From assembly GCF_006345805.1 (NCBI RefSeq), contig NW_021833747.1, positions 1 through 64,000 on the forward strand: a DNA stretch of 64,000 nucleotides, read 5' to 3'. Shown one piece after another: positions 38,126 to 52,640 of this stretch. The notes below the pieces were generated by a model, which was not told the origin of the DNA, searched no databases, and saw nothing but the letters and a program-made list of their open reading frames with translations. This stretch comes from Octopus sinensis (taxonomy: Eukaryota). The position numbers and the translations under genes are program-made. Position 1 is the first letter of the stretch. Each line of letters opens with the position of its first letter.

Positions 38126-38642
38126 CAAAAATATGAAAATAATTCTGTTTAAATATGAAAATAATTTTCGTTATGGACACAAGAGGAGCTAGTCAGTTAC
38201 ATCAACCCGAATGCACTGCTGGTAATTATTTCATCGACATGGAAGGGATGAAAGGTAAGGACGAACTCGGCTGGATTTCATCAAGACGAAAATAGCGAAG
38301 GAGAAAAAGAATAAAAGAAGAGATATGAAGAAGTGTGTTTCTTTACTTTGTCAAAAACAACGTAAATGATATAAGAGTTCTAACGTGGGAGGAGTTCATA
38401 TCAATTCTGAAAGAAGGTTGGAATTAAAAGGCGAAAACGTGTGTAGGACATTACGGTGATAAAACTGACAGAAAGAAATTTGGGGAAGAAAGAAGACAAA
38501 GGAAGGAAAGCAGAGGGAATTGGGAACACAGATAAAGAATTATTGTGAGAGATGAGTGAAACATATGGTGTATATATATATATATATATATATATATGAT
38601 ATATATTATATATATATGATATTATATATATATATATATATG

Positions 38643-38677
<35 letters not shown>

Positions 38678-38855
38678 ATATATATATATGATATATATAT
38701 ATGATATATAATATATAATATATGTATATGCATATCTATATGTATATACACACATACACGCACACAGTACACATAGATACACACATCTAAACCTACAATG
38801 CGATTGCACACACACACACAATAATACATACGTATGTACGTACGTGCATACATAC

Positions 38856-38886
<31 letters not shown>

Positions 38887-38979
38887 AAGAGAGAAGGAAA
38901 CAATAGCACACATGAGTTGACGTTCACTATATATATATATATATGTGTGTTGTATGTATATTTATATGGCGTTAACAGC

Positions 38980-39010
<31 letters not shown>

Positions 39011-39649
39011 ATATTAAGGTATGTAGAAAAATACAACATGGACAAGAACGTATAACTCTTAGAAGACGATACAATAAACACGGACAGGACATTCGAAACC
39101 CTCAGTCTTCAGTCAAGAACCGGATCATCGTAATATATATATAATATAGTTTATTGAATAAAGTGACTGATTTAATAGAGAGATAATAAATAGCAGAAAA
39201 ATCATTGAAAGGTCAAATTATTACATCTTATAATATGCAGAAATTATGAATCACACCTTTTTTTTACGTTGCTCATACATAAGTGTGGATTTTGTAAAGC
39301 CTTGCTGTACATTGTCAAATACCAGCAGCCCTCCGTTTGAGAACTGCTCGAAACAAAACATAAAAGCATGGGAAATAAAGCGCATTCTAGACGTGTATTT
39401 TAGTTCATACATTATCCATTTTATGCCTTTTTATGATGCTACGATTTGAGAAATATTTTTCTTTTGTTTCTAGTAAATCGAGCATCGACTTTGATTCTCC
39501 GTAGCTGGCAAAAACTAGAAAAAAGAAAAAATTTGTTGTTGTTGTTGGTGGTGGTGCTTTACTACAGATTAACTTCAAATGTGCATACTTATAGTAAAAT
39601 CCTCTCCAGTCGTGAGCATCCCGTCTTTTTTCAGTCTAATGTTTATCAT

Positions 39650-40063
39650 CGTAGGAGTGGCTGTGTGGTAAGTAGCTTGCTTACCAAGCACATGGTTCCG
39701 AGTTCAGTCCCATTGCGTGGCACCTTGGGCAAGTGTCTTCTGCTATAGCTCCGGGCTGACCAAAGCCTTGTGACTGGATTTGGTAGAGGGAAACTGAAAG
39801 AAGCCCGTCCTATATATGTATATATATATGTGTGTGTGTGTTGTGTGTGTGTATGTCTGTGTGTCTGTGTTTGTCTCCACCAGCATCGCTTGACATGCGA
39901 TTCTGGTATGTTTACGTCCCCGTAAACTAGCGGTTCGGCAAAAGAGGCGGATAGAATAAGTACTAGGCTTACAAAGAATAATCCCGGCATCGATTTCCTC
40001 GACTAAAGGCGGTGCTCCAGCATGGCCGCAGTCAAATGTCTGAAACAAGTAAAAGAGTAAAAG
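39650..40063 (+). mobile_element. SINE family B, full length
   Basis: Collinear with 34706-35117. Confidence 0.9.
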
Positions 40064-40829
40064 GAGTAGCGCTTACTTGTTTCAGTCACGATGAAGGTGC
40101 CACGCAGTGGGACCAGACCCCTAACAACGTGGTCGTGAAGCGAGATGCTTACTCACAAAACCAAGAATGAAGAATGATTTGGCTGTGATATTTTAATCAG
40201 GTTTAATAAGTGGTGGAAAATCGAATAAACGATGGAAATACAGATGAATAACTGAAATGCAGTTATCCAAGGTCTTCTTATGTTATATCGTTCAGAAATA
40301 CTAACAGATACGATCATATTTCATTGAATAAAATAGTTGCTGAACAATCAGTGACTAGAGACTTTAGCAGTCGTACAAGATCTTATGATACTGATAGTTG
40401 GATGAGATAGTTCAATGTACTCCAACTGTATTCTGTACAGTCATGAAAGAAACGAATTAGAAATATGATATCTGCTTCTATACTTGTTATTCACAGTCTA
40501 CTATTCTGAGGTTATCGACTCTTGAATGTGTATGTATGCATGTATACATTCATATACTGAGTGTTCGGACTAAGTTTGACGATATTTTTAGGCTTCTTGT
40601 GTTCTGGAACAGCTTGACGTATTGGTGGACTGTCAACAGCATTGGAGAGCATAAAGAATAAAATTGGAGTTGAGAAAAAGTTAGCTGATATGGAGGACTA
40701 GAAACCATCTGAATATTAGAGAAGAGGTACCTGTATCATGATGATTTGCGCCAGGTATCAAAATGCCAACACATCACCGTTATACAATGCTCTGTGAATA
40801 CTATAAAGTCTGTAAGATGAGACAAGGAC

Positions 40830-41282
40830 ATGATGAAAACCAAGCTTCTCCATACTGTGATGGTCTTTGTGCGAGTCTCCAAAAACAGAGTCATGATACC
40901 GTCTCACATACTTGAAGAAGGCCTTAAGCTTAATTCAGACTGCTAGGGACTCTGGTGAAGCTGTGATTGAAGAGGGTTGCTGCTCGAAGGCCATATACTT
41001 GTCATTCCTCCAGAAGAGGGTCAAGTGTAGTTAACGGATAATCGCTACGGGTTCAGCAGCCCCAATATATTGCCTCCCATTTCTCCCGACTGTAATTCCC
41101 ATGGATTACTATGCATGGTGTGAGGATGAGAAAGAAACCATCCGTTCTACCTACAACGCCAAGGCCGAGCAGGTAACCGAAAGTGCTCGAAGATTTTTCC
41201 CGGGGCACAGGGAGGAACAGATGCGACTGGTTGAGGAGCCGTTTTGAGGCCGTATGAAAGCTGGGAGGGCTACTTTGAGTAA
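40830..41282 (+). mobile_element. Decayed maT/DD37D-like transposase fragment
   Basis: Piecewise MKTKLLHTVMVF...EEGLKLNSD...LPPISPDCNS/MDYYAW...RSRFEAV..KAGG.YFE*, resembling the SPDCNPMDYYVW motif; TIRs not established. Confidence 0.6.
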
Positions 41283-41465
41283 AGTTGTATCTCCCAGCTA
41301 TCGTTGATATTTCTCGATTTTATAAAATACGTTTACTTTTGGGCGGATTATTGTGTTTTCCTTTTCCTTTTGTGCAAGTATAGCAAGAAAATCCTGTGTA
41401 TATAATACAGGGAACGTGAAACTGAGTAACAGCTTTTGTTATATTTCTGCTGCTTTTAAATAAAG

Positions 41466-41576
<111 letters not shown>

Positions 41577-41579
41577 TTG

Positions 41580-41770
41580 TATGTCAGTGTTTGACCCTTA
41601 CTATCATTTGACAACCAATGTTGGTGTGTTTACGTCTCCGTAACTAAGCGGTTCGGCAAAAAGTAATCGGTAGAATAAGTCCTAGGCTTACAAAGAATAA
41701 GTCCCGGGGTTGATTTGTTCGACCAACGGCGGTGCTCCAACATCGCCGCAGTCAAATGACTGAAACATTT
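41580..41770 (+). mobile_element. SINE family B 3' half
   Basis: tgacaaccaatgttggtgtgtttacg...cgcagtcaaatgactgaaac after (TG)n. Confidence 0.75.
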
Positions 41771-42467
41771 AAAATGTACAAATAAGACACTCACCCAAGG
41801 TGCCACGCAGTGGGACTAAACCCGGAATCATGTGGTTGGTAACCAAGCTACTTATTTCAAAAATTTTGCCAAAGAGGCACGATACAGAGTAGTTTGCTGG
41901 CTGGTCAAAGACATTGATGAGGTGAATGATATTAATGGGAGAAGACAAAAAATGCCCACCTCTGCTTCTCTAAAACACTATTCTTTTCTTTTTTTCACAG
42001 AAAAAGACAAAACGAGGTAAAGAACCTCTTACTACGGAGGCCATTCGGGATCTGCGGAGGCTATTCGGGATCCTGTGCAAAGGTTAAAAGTGCCTTTCCA
42101 CCACCTCTTCTACCTCTCCGCCTCTGTAGAAGAGGACCAATATTTCCTCTTCCTCTGGGTTCGAAGTAGTCAATTCTACCGTTGGCGGCACAGTTCCCCC
42201 CAACGGTATATATGTATCTTACCGAAGTTCGCCAGAAAGTCATAAAATGGTACATACTTGGATTCGTAGTATGTTTTTTTTAGATGTTTAATTCGTGCAT
42301 ATATTTACCTGCGAAAAATGTTTTTTCTTTTTTCGCATTCTGGAATAACTCTGTTTATGAGTATAAAAAAAAGGTATGAAACAGCTGTAGTGAGTAAACC
42401 ACAATCCATCTATTATTGGCACCTTGGGCAAGTGTCTTTGGTAGACAGAAACAGAAAGAAGCCCGTC

Positions 42468-42501
<34 letters not shown>

Positions 42502-42799
42502 GCTGAACTATTGGGAAATCTGCCGTTACTCTAACGAGATTACAAGTTCAGGATTATAGCTGTAATTATTGAGGCCCTGGGGTATGTAACACACTGCCTA
42601 AATATCAATCATGAGAAAGTAGGCTTCTCGAAAGTAGAAAAGGTCTTGCTAATTCGAAGACTGCAGTTCCGATTGATCAGTGGAAGTGTAAAAATTTGTA
42701 AAACTTTCCAGAAGTTTATCATTTAAATATATATGAGCTTGTCTAGATATGCAACTATATACTTGAGAATATATACATAAAGCAAAGCATACCAATCTT

Positions 42800-43112
<313 letters not shown>

Positions 43113-43517
43113 ATATGTTTCTTTATTAGCCACACAGGGCTGCACACAGATAGAACAAATTACAAGGTAGAGCTTTTCTTTTGAAGGTATTAAAAAAAAA
43201 AAAAAAAAAAAAAGGAAGGGGGAGGTTCGATCAAAAGGGATCGTAAAAGGAGAGAAAGAGGACAAAAATAAGGGGGTTAAAAAAAAAAAAAAAAAAAAAG
43301 GGGGGGGGGGGAGGAAAAAAAAATGATCAATAGGGATCGTTATCACAGAAATGTCAATATGAAGTGTAAAGGGGAGGACAGGTGAGGTTTACCCGTGGAA
43401 AGAAAAGCCTGCGGAAAAGACCACGGTAACCTCGGTCAATGAAGTCACATTTTATATTTCTTTTTTTTTTTTTTTTTTTTTTGCAAATAAGCAACTCTCT
43501 GTTTTCGATTTCTGGGT

Positions 43518-46500
43518 TCATAGGACTATGCTCAAGGTGGCTTCGTCATTCATACGTGCCATTCTTGCTACATTCACCCATCTTTTTTTAAAACATTCGC
43601 TAGACAAACTTGCCTCTCTACTCTCACTTTCCTTTTCAAGTGGTACTTGAAGAAGTTGATGAGAGATTGACCAGAGAGGAAAGTGTTTGTCTCCAATCCT
43701 TTCAGACGCGTCCACCAGATACATTCTTTCGCCATAGCCACAAGGATGATGAAAATAGCTCTTCCTTCCCGTTTGAAGGAAGGAGGCGTGACAATATTGA
43801 CGATAGACTCAGCTGATAAACCGACTCGTCCCACACGTGACAGCAGTTGTTCGACATAAGCCCACAGGTCGGAAATTGTTGGACACTGAACGAGTGCGTG
43901 CAGAACGGTTTCGTCGCTCTGACCGCATCTCGGGCAGGTCGGCCCCGTGTTTCTCGAGCCGTGTCTGTAGAGCTTATCCCGAACGGGTAGCGCTTCTCGG
44001 TAGCACTGCCAGGCCAGGGATCTCTGGAAGTTGTCCATGGGCCCTGGCCCGAAAGTCGTCCCGAACAGGCGGGTCAGGTACTCCTCGTCGACGTCCAGGT
44101 TCGCCCCGAGCTCGTCGTCGTACCTCCCCTCCACTAAACCCCTATAGAATGCTTTGGTTGTGTTTAAGTCACTTAAGGTCGACCCAGGACGGCAGAGTTG
44201 CTTGAGAGCAACGCGACACTCGCGGTGCCATTCGCCCTTCCTCGGCCTCTTTTTGATCCACGACTGCAGTTCGGTCATGGAGACGAGCTGCGGGAAAGCG
44301 TGCCTCACAAACGGCGACCACACCTGTTCACCGTCGTCTACATAGAGCCAGAGATGTCGCAGTCTCAGCGCGTGTCTGGCGCATCATCAACCACGGCATG
44401 CCCAGCCCTCCTTTTAACGGGTGTTGACAGCAAATGGATCGCCTGACCATCGGGACGCATCCTTTCCACAAGAAGCGAAAGAGGATGCGTTGTAGTTTGG
44501 TGATGGTAGGGTCGGGACAAGGTACGACGGTCAGGCGGTAGTAGATGACGGACGCGCTATGTACGTGTTCGCCACCTCCGCTCGACCTTTTAGGGACAGT
44601 TTCCTCTCGGCCCATTGCCGGGCGAGAGTGACCACCCTACTCGTTATCTCGTTCCAGTTCTTCTCCACTTGGAGGTCTGGACCAAACCAGACCCCGAGCA
44701 CTCAACCGGGCCGTCGGTCCAGCGTCCCACGACGGAGGCGCTGGTGGACGGCATGGGCTTGCTTCTCCAGGTGCCTAGTCGCAAGCCACTGACTTTTCCC
44801 GGTTGATTTTCGCTCTCTGTCACCGCTTCGTAGTTTTTCAGTGTCTCGCCGACCAGCTCGATGTGCTCGTGGCTAGACACTATGACGGTGACGTCGTCCG
44901 CGTATGCAGACACGCTCGTCCCGCATCCCAATTCTCGCGGGATGCCCCTTAGAGTCGCCAGCTTCCGCAGTAGTGGCTCAAGAGTCAATACGTATAGAAG
45001 CGCCGAGAGGGGGCATCCCTGACGGACCGAACGTGCAATGTCGAAAGGTCTCGATAGATGTCCATTTACGCGAATTACCGAACGGATGCCTCTGTACAAG
45101 GCAGCTATCCAGCCGCGGAAGACGGGACCGAAACCAGCCGCTCTCAGGACTGCCTCCAAGTATCGATGGTCTACCCTATCAAAGGCTTTTGATTGATCCA
45201 AGTTGATCAGGGCCCCACCCATGCCAGGTTCGTTAACTACCCTGTCTATGATGTAGCGCATCAGATGGAGGTTGTCATGGATGGTCCGCGCCTGGCACGG
45301 CGCATGTTTGCGCCTTGTCGACCAGTTTCTCGATGACAAGCGCCAACCTTTGCTAGCACCTTGGCCAAAATTTTCAAGTCTGCATTAAGCAGAGTGATGG
45401 GCCTAAAGTTATCTATTACATTTCCCTTGTTTAGATCTTTCTTCAGCAGTGTTACGGCTCCTCGGCTCACAAAACCAGGAATGCTCCCGTTTTGCTGCCA
45501 TTGCAGTACACCGCCGCCAAGAGATCTCCAAACAAGTCTGGCATACAATTGTAAATCTCGTAGGGTAGACCATCCAAACCCGGTGATTTGTCCCTCGAGC
45601 ATTCTGCCATCGCTTCCCGCACTTCCGCCGCCGTGATGGCACCTTCGCAGCACCCTGCCTTTCTTGTCGAGAGTCGTGGTAGGCTATGTAGGTAGGCACT
45701 GAAGTCCACCCTACGTTCTTGCCCTCCACTCGTTCCGAACAGTCGGGCAAAATGCTGCTGAAAGGCCTCACACATTTTACTTGGCTCGAGCAATTCGCGC
45801 CCCTGTTCATCTACCAGTGACCGAATGGTGGCTTTGTTGCCCTGTTGCGCCTCTGCCACCCGGGCCTCTCTCGCGGCTCCAACACCTTCGTTCCTTAGAG
45901 CACGCATCCTAGCTCTGACAGCACATCCTTCGTGTTTGGCGTTGAAGTGTTGGTCGAGGGCCAACCTCGCCGCCAAAACGTCGGATGCGATGCCGCTTCT
46001 AATTGCCTCTTCTAGCTTCTTAACTAGCTCACCCTCTACTCTATTTCTATCTATGGCTAGTGCTTTGCTGTACCTAATCGCTTCTGCTTTTACTGCTCTC
46101 TTGAGGGCAAACCACCATTTGTTGTTGATGATGGCTCCCGTCAAAGCCCTCTTTACTAGTGTGCTAATCCGGTCTCTGAAAACTTGTCTCGATGGGAAAC
46201 GACGCGTTTAGTTTCCAGTATCCGGGACCCTGCCTAAGTGTCTTACCTAAGTCTAGCGTACATGTCACAAGTTTGTGATCCGTGTAGCTGACTATGTGGA
46301 ATGTGGACATCCTATGCTATCTCTATCTACTGTCCTACACAGTATCCTATCTAGATACGATCTCGACGACCCGATGCGGTTGCTCCATGTCCACGTTGGC
46401 GCATTCGGGTGGTCTAGTCGAAACCTGTCAGACAGTTGAAAGCGTCTGAGCAGGTCTCTGAGGCATTTGCATCCCCGTTCTATTCCTATCTCTACCCACG

Positions 46501-46952
46501 TAGTCTACATGCGTGTCCAAGGTAGCATTCCAATCCCCCACTAAGAGTAAAGGACGAGACGTTCCCAAGAAAACTTCTAGACGTTGAAAGAAATCCGCCC
46601 GACCTGTTAAGGGCGGTGCGTAAACTGATACGAGCCGAAAAGCGCACCCATTGCTGCCGTCGACATCCAGGACGACCAGTCTACCCTCCGGTCTACGAAT
46701 ATTGTCCTTACATTGAGATCCAGACTCTTGTGAAAAAGTACCGCGGTGCCACTACCGCCCATTCTCGGCAGACAGGGGGAAAAATAAATGTTGAACTGTC
46801 CGCCAACATGGTCTTTAGGCCCGCGGATTGTGGAGTCTGGTCTCGCTTATGGCTATGATTTCTAACTTATGTGACTTTATGTCATTTAAGAGGTACCCTT
46901 GTTTCCAAGGGGACCCCAAGCCACGCGCATTTACACAACCAATCTTGATCAT
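43518..46952 (-). pseudogene. LINE ORF2: APE endonuclease + reverse transcriptase + C-terminal Cys-His motif, many frameshifts
   Basis: MIKIGCVNARGL...IIAISETRL (APE start), KSPGLDGLPYE, FRPITLLNADLKILAKVL, INLDQSKAFDRVDH, SVRQGCPLSALLY, AYADDV, CPRCGQSDETVLHALVQC. Confidence 0.9.
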
Positions 46953-48981
46953 AGTTCTAATGAATTAGAATACAGAGGGTTACTTACTGCTCGAAAGTTT
47001 TTTGCTTTCTCCTCCGTTGGTTTGTCCTCGAGAAGATCCCAGTACAGTTTCTTTGTGAGATATTTTTGGCATTTACCAACCGCACTGGGGAAAATGCCTT
47101 TGAGTGTGTGGTGCAGACTTTTGGAGATGTTGTATTATTTTGATGTGGTCTGGTGGTGTTGTGTATGGGTGGTTGTTTGTTTTTATGTCATCTTCTGTTA
47201 TGTTTTTTTTGATTGGATGTATTCCATCAAATTTGTGTTTTGTGTCTATGGCTGTGAGCATGTTTGCTGTATATGTTTTTGGTGGTGTGGTGTGGGCTGT
47301 TGTTTGCGTTGGGTTTTGAAATGTCTTCGGGAGATGTATTTCCCCCTGCTTTGTTCGTGTTTGCATTTGGTTTGGTTGTTGTGTTTCTTCTTCTTTTATT
47401 TTCCTTCTTTTTGTAGCTATTTGCCATTCCTCACTGGTTTCGTCTTCCGACGAAATTTCTGAGAATCAGAAGGGGGTAGGGGTATGTTGTGGGCTTCTAT
47501 GTATGTCTGTGTAAGTGGTTGTGTTTGTTTTCGTTTTGTTGGTTGTTGAGTGTTGGTGTGTGTTGAGTGCGGTATAAGGGATGGGGGATCAGTTTGTGTG
47601 TGTTTTCTTTGTTTTTCTGTTCCTTTGGGTTTTGCTGTTGATGGTAGTGTGGGTATTTTTTCCAGGTGTCGAGTGGTTTTTGGTTGATGACGGATTAGCT
47701 TGGTGTGCTTCTCTTGTCGTCTTCTGTGTTGATGGTGGTGTGGGTAGTAGAGCTTTTTTCCGGAGTGCTTTGGTTGTGGTAGTGGTTGTTGTTTGTTGCT
47801 CTTGGTGTGCAGTGGTTGGGCACGTCTTTTTCAAGTGTGTTTCGCTTCCACACAAATAGCAGCGTGGTCGCCTGCCCTCTACCACTATATAGAGTTTGTA
47901 GCCTCCTGGCAGTTCTATAGCGGTGGGTATCTCTCTCTTGCTGCTTCATCCAATTGAAGCAGGAATTCGATTGATTTGCCCACATAGTCTTTCTCTCCTA
48001 GAACCGCGATTTCCAGGATGTTTGTCTCTGACATTGTCTCTGACATTTCAAAGCAGATGGCAGAGACCACCCATTGTGTTTCGACATCAAATGGTATGTT
48101 TTTTATTTGGACTTTCGTGACCCTTTTGTTTAAATAGACTGGTATCATTACCAAGTCGTCCGAATGTAGCTCCAATGTGGAAAAACGTTTTGCTAAACTT
48201 TCGTTGAGGAAACGTACTTGGACTGTACCAAATTTGTTTCCCCAACTGATATATTCCTTGGAGTCCCATACAGGACGAAGGCATTTATCGATTTTTTCCT
48301 GCGGTGCTTTTCTGTTCTTCTTGTTTTTTGTTTATTACTTTATAAATTATTGTTTTTTTTGCGTGTTTTCCACGATGTGTTGTGGAATATGAAGGTGCAA
48401 TTTGTCTCCTTCTTTGGAGAAGAGTGCCTTTGTGCGGTTTATCTCTTGTGTGGTGAATGTTACAATTGTTCTTTTTTGTTTTGTTACGTCCGCAATTCGT
48501 TTTGAATTTGGCAGTAGAAGTGTTAATTGTGGCAGTGTTAATGAAGTCATGGTAGTGGTGTTGGTGTTGGCGGTATTAGCAGCAGAAGGCTTGGATGTAG
48601 CATTTGACGTCGTAGTAGTGGTGTTGGTGTTGGCGGTGTTGTCTTTGGTAGGCGGCTTTGTGCCAATTTCGTTGTTGTTGTTGTTGGTGGTGATGGTGGT
48701 GGTGCTGGCATTCATGTTTTCGTTTGTATTCATTTTTGAAATCCCTTTCTCTGTCCCTTTATCATCAACAAGTGGTGTGGGGAGTGAGGGGAAATCTAAG
48801 TTAATGTCTTTGGTCGCGGCGATGGTGAATGCGACGTTAGATTTGTTGTTGTTGTTGTTGTGGTGGTGATGGTGGTGACAGCGGTGTTCACGCTGCGATG
48901 TTTAGCAGCTAGTGGTAGCAATAGTGTTTTGCTACCGTTCTGCATGACTGGCGGGCTAGCCACGTGGTTTCTAGTTGCCAT
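46949..48981 (-). pseudogene. LINE ORF1 (gag-like, CCHC zinc knuckle), disrupted
   Basis: Starts MATRNHVASPP at 48981; Thr/Asn-rich N-terminus; VTKVQIKNIP; CYLCGSETHLKKTC (CX2CX4HX4C). The 3' boundary is tentative. Confidence 0.75.
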
Positions 48982-49238
48982 TTTCAAAATGAAAATGGCT
49001 AAAAAACCCACGAAAGTTTTGAAAGTTTTTTTGTAATTCGCCCATACAGGGCGGAATTCTACGTGAATAATTCTCAGGTTTTTTAGTGAATGAATTTGCA
49101 CAACGATTAAAACCAAAATATTTGACAACAAGGAGTTTTAAACATGTAAAAGTGGCCAACTTACTTGGAGCCGATATGACTAGCGTCCGTCCATTGTGAT
49201 AGAGATAGAGATAGATAGAAAGATAGATAGATAGATAA

Positions 49239-49291
<53 letters not shown>

Positions 49292-49292
49292 C

Positions 49293-49330
<38 letters not shown>

Positions 49331-49333
<3 letters not shown>

Positions 49334-49394
49334 TGTTTCTTTATTAGCCACACAGGGCTGCACACAGATAGAACAATTACAAGGTAGAGCTTTT
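49331..49394 (-). mobile_element. 64-bp 5'-truncated copy of the same Tx1-type LINE
   Basis: Matches 43113-43177 except for one base; (GATA)n on both sides. Confidence 0.9.
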
Positions 49395-50100
49395 ATTGAT
49401 AGATAGATAGATAGAGAGATAGGTAGATACATAGGTACATACATACACACATACATACATACATACAACATACATACATACATGCATACATACATGCATA
49501 CATACATACTACTACATAACAGGCATACATACATACATACATGCATACATACATACATACATACATACATAAGACATACATACTACATACATAATACATA
49601 CAAACATAAATACATACTTGTTCTTATAAATGTTCTCTCCCTGTGGTTTTCTTAAACTAGCACACAGTAAATGGTATAAAGTAGAAGCTGTAAAGAATTT
49701 TGGATTTAGTAAACCCATATTTGAACTGATACAGGAGGAAATTTAGACAGACGATAAATTCATATTTGACAGATGCGTGCTTCAAACTTGTTTGCAAATC
49801 GAAATAGTTTATATCCGCCGTGCTTCTCTCATTTTCGTTTCATATATATATCTCGGTATTGATAAAAATATACTGTACAAGTATGGACTAAACTAGTATG
49901 CCAGACTTAAGAAAATTAGCGATGGGTATTGTTTTTCCTCATCTCACTTTCGTCCCCTTTGTCCCCTTCTCCCTTCCACCTCCCTCTCCCCACTCACCCC
50001 ATATCCTCTCGTCTCTCCTATTTCTTTCTCCTCTCTCTGTGTCTCTCTCCCTCTCTAGTTATCTGTCTCTTCGTCCCACGCTCTCCCTTCTTCACATACC

Positions 50101-50333
50101 TATTTCTTTACTATCCACAGGGGGCTAAGCACAGAGAAGACAAACAAGGACAGACAAACGGATTAGGTCGATTATATCTACCCCAGTGCGTAACTGGTAC
50201 TTATTTAATCGACCCCGAAAGGATGAAAGGCAAAGTCGACCTCGGCGGAATTTGAACTCAGAACGTAACGGCAGACGAAATACGGCTACGCATTTCGCCC
50301 GGCGTGCTAACGTTTCTGCCAGCTCGCCGCCTT
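50101..50333 (-). mobile_element. SINE family A monomer
   Basis: TSD cttcttcacatacc at 50087-50100 and 50341-50354. Confidence 0.85.
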
Positions 50334-50639
50334 ATCTCTACTTCTTCACATACCCTTACTTTCTAAGGCGGCTATATGCAATATAACACCAAATTCAATT
50401 GTCCCTAATTTTGGCTGACAGTGCGGCGTAGCATCTACATTGCTAGAAATAAGAGATAAAAACACTTAGAGCGACAGAGAAGCACATGTGTACACATGCG
50501 CGCGTGCAATATATAAAACCATAAACGAAAAGTTCAATTGCAACTAATTGTGACTGAGGGTTACGGGTAATACCTATATTGCTGGAAACAAGAGTCAAAC
50601 CACCCTTAGGGCCGCAAGAAAGCACATTTTCAAATATAT

Positions 50640-50778
50640 GAGAGAGAGAGAGAAAGAGAAGAAGAAGAAGAAGAAGAAGAAGAAGAAGAAGAAGAAGAAG
50701 AAGAAGAAGAGAGACAGAGAGATAAATAGATAAATATATCAACCGACAGGCTGATGGACTAACAGACAGACAGACTGG

Positions 50779-50834
<56 letters not shown>

Positions 50835-50857
50835 GATAGTGAGGTATGTAGATGAAC

Positions 50858-50907
<50 letters not shown>

Positions 50908-50969
50908 GTAGATAGATAGATAGATAGATAGACAGAAGATAGAAAGATAGATAGATATGTGTGGTAGGC

Positions 50970-51003
<34 letters not shown>

Positions 51004-51060
51004 CAGGTAGATGGATAGATAGATAGACAGACAGACAGATAAGTAGGTAGGTATATATAT
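50640..51060. repeat. (GA)n, (GAA)n, (TA)n and (GATA)n microsatellites
   Basis: Direct inspection; no LINE end in this GATA array. Confidence 0.9.
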
Positions 51061-51157
51061 ATAATATATATATATATATATAAATATAATATATATATAT
51101 TTCGTTTGGGATTTGGCACAAAATGAAAATTACTTTCCCCAGACGCCATAGTATATA

Positions 51158-51533
51158 TCTCTCTATATATAAACGGCCAGTTTGTCTGTGTGTGTGTGTC
51201 TGTGTGTCTGTCAGGTTGTATCCTCACCCTGACCATGGCTTTCAACCGATTCTGATGAAACTTGACACACACATAGCCCAATGTCATAATTCAAAACTAA
51301 CGCAGCGAAAATTTTGAAAAGTTCCCCCAGTTCTGAAAAAAATCGATAAATTCGACATGGGGTCGAGAATCAGAAACACAAACCACAGACTGTCTAGGGG
51401 ACGCAACTCGACCGTTTTAACTCTCAAAAAAAAATTTACCACAATTTTTTTCTATTTTTTGGCTATAACTCTCTAAAAATGCTTTATAGTTATTTCCCTT
51501 ACAAACCCGAGCAACGCCGGGCGATACTGCTAG
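51158..51533 (+). mobile_element. Non-autonomous Helitron
   Basis: 5' A|TC (tctctctatatataaa), 3' CTAG|T, subterminal GC hairpin cccg-a-gc-aac-gc-cggg at 51506-51521; no TIR or TSD. Confidence 0.8.
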
Positions 51534-52068
51534 TATATATATATATATATATGCGCGCGTGTGTGTGTGTGTAGATAAATAAATAGATAGATAGATAGAT
51601 AGTTAGGTAGATAGATAGATAGATAGATAGGTAGATAGATAGATAAATAAATATGTGCGTAGGTAGACAGACAGATATTAAAGCACAAAGTATTGATATT
51701 AAATTTATGATTTCACAGTAACAATCATATTGAAAAGTTCTTTCTCAAAAATAAAGTGGGATGAGGAGGCTTAAGATCATTGCCGATAGGTTTTGAGCAT
51801 TGAAATATGCCACTCAAACAGTATCTGTAATACAGCAACAGAAATATATATATCAACCCATTATTTGAAATGAACAAGACCAAATATTACAGATCGGTTG
51901 TTAAGTCTTCAACAATTACTGAATTTTCTATGACCTTCTACGTGACGCCATCTTTGCTGAATTGCATACATCTTTAACGACAGCGAAGAGAAAAATTCTG
52001 TAATATTTAGAAAACTATCAGTAACTGGATGAGTTCCGTAAACTTGAGAATAGTTGTTGAACTCATAT

Positions 52069-52485
52069 TCTCTTTACTCTTTTACTCTTTTACTTGTTTC
52101 AGTCATTTGACTGCGGCCATGCTGGAGCACCGCCTTTAGTCGAGCAAATCGACCCCAGGACTTACTCTTTGTAAGCCCAGTACTTATTCTATCGGTCTCT
52201 TTTGCCAAACCGCTAAGTGACGGGAACGTAAACACACCAGCATCGGTTGTCAAGCAATGCTAGGGGGGACAAACACAGACACACACACAAACACACACAT
52301 ATATATATATATATATACATATATACGACAGGCTTCTTTCAATTTCCGTCTACCAAATCCACTCACAAAGCATTGGTCGGCCCGGGGCTATAGCAGAAGA
52401 CACTTGCCAAGATGCCACGCAGTGGGACTGAACCGGAACCATGTGGTTGGTTAGCAAGCTACTTACCACACAGCCACTCCTGCGC
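52069..52485 (-). mobile_element. SINE family B, full length
   Basis: Reverse complement of 34706-35117. Confidence 0.9.
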
Positions 52486-52538
52486 ATATTATATATATAT
52501 TATTTATATTATATATATATATATTATATATAGATTAT

Positions 52539-52592
<54 letters not shown>

Positions 52593-52603
52593 TATATTTA
52601 CAT

Positions 52604-52640
<37 letters not shown>

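Larger units (their letters stand above)
43113..49198 (-). mobile_element. Full-length, decayed L1/Tx1-type LINE (~6.1 kb) in (GATA)n
   Basis: 5' UTR, ORF1, ORF2 and a ~400-bp 3' UTR ending aataaagaaacatat directly into (ctat)n; the 5' end also abuts (ctat)n. Confidence 0.9.

Noticed and set aside
43461-43482. T-run taken as the LINE poly(A) tail
   Set aside because: The element continues to ~43113, as shown by the matching truncated copy at 49331; the run is internal to the 3' UTR.
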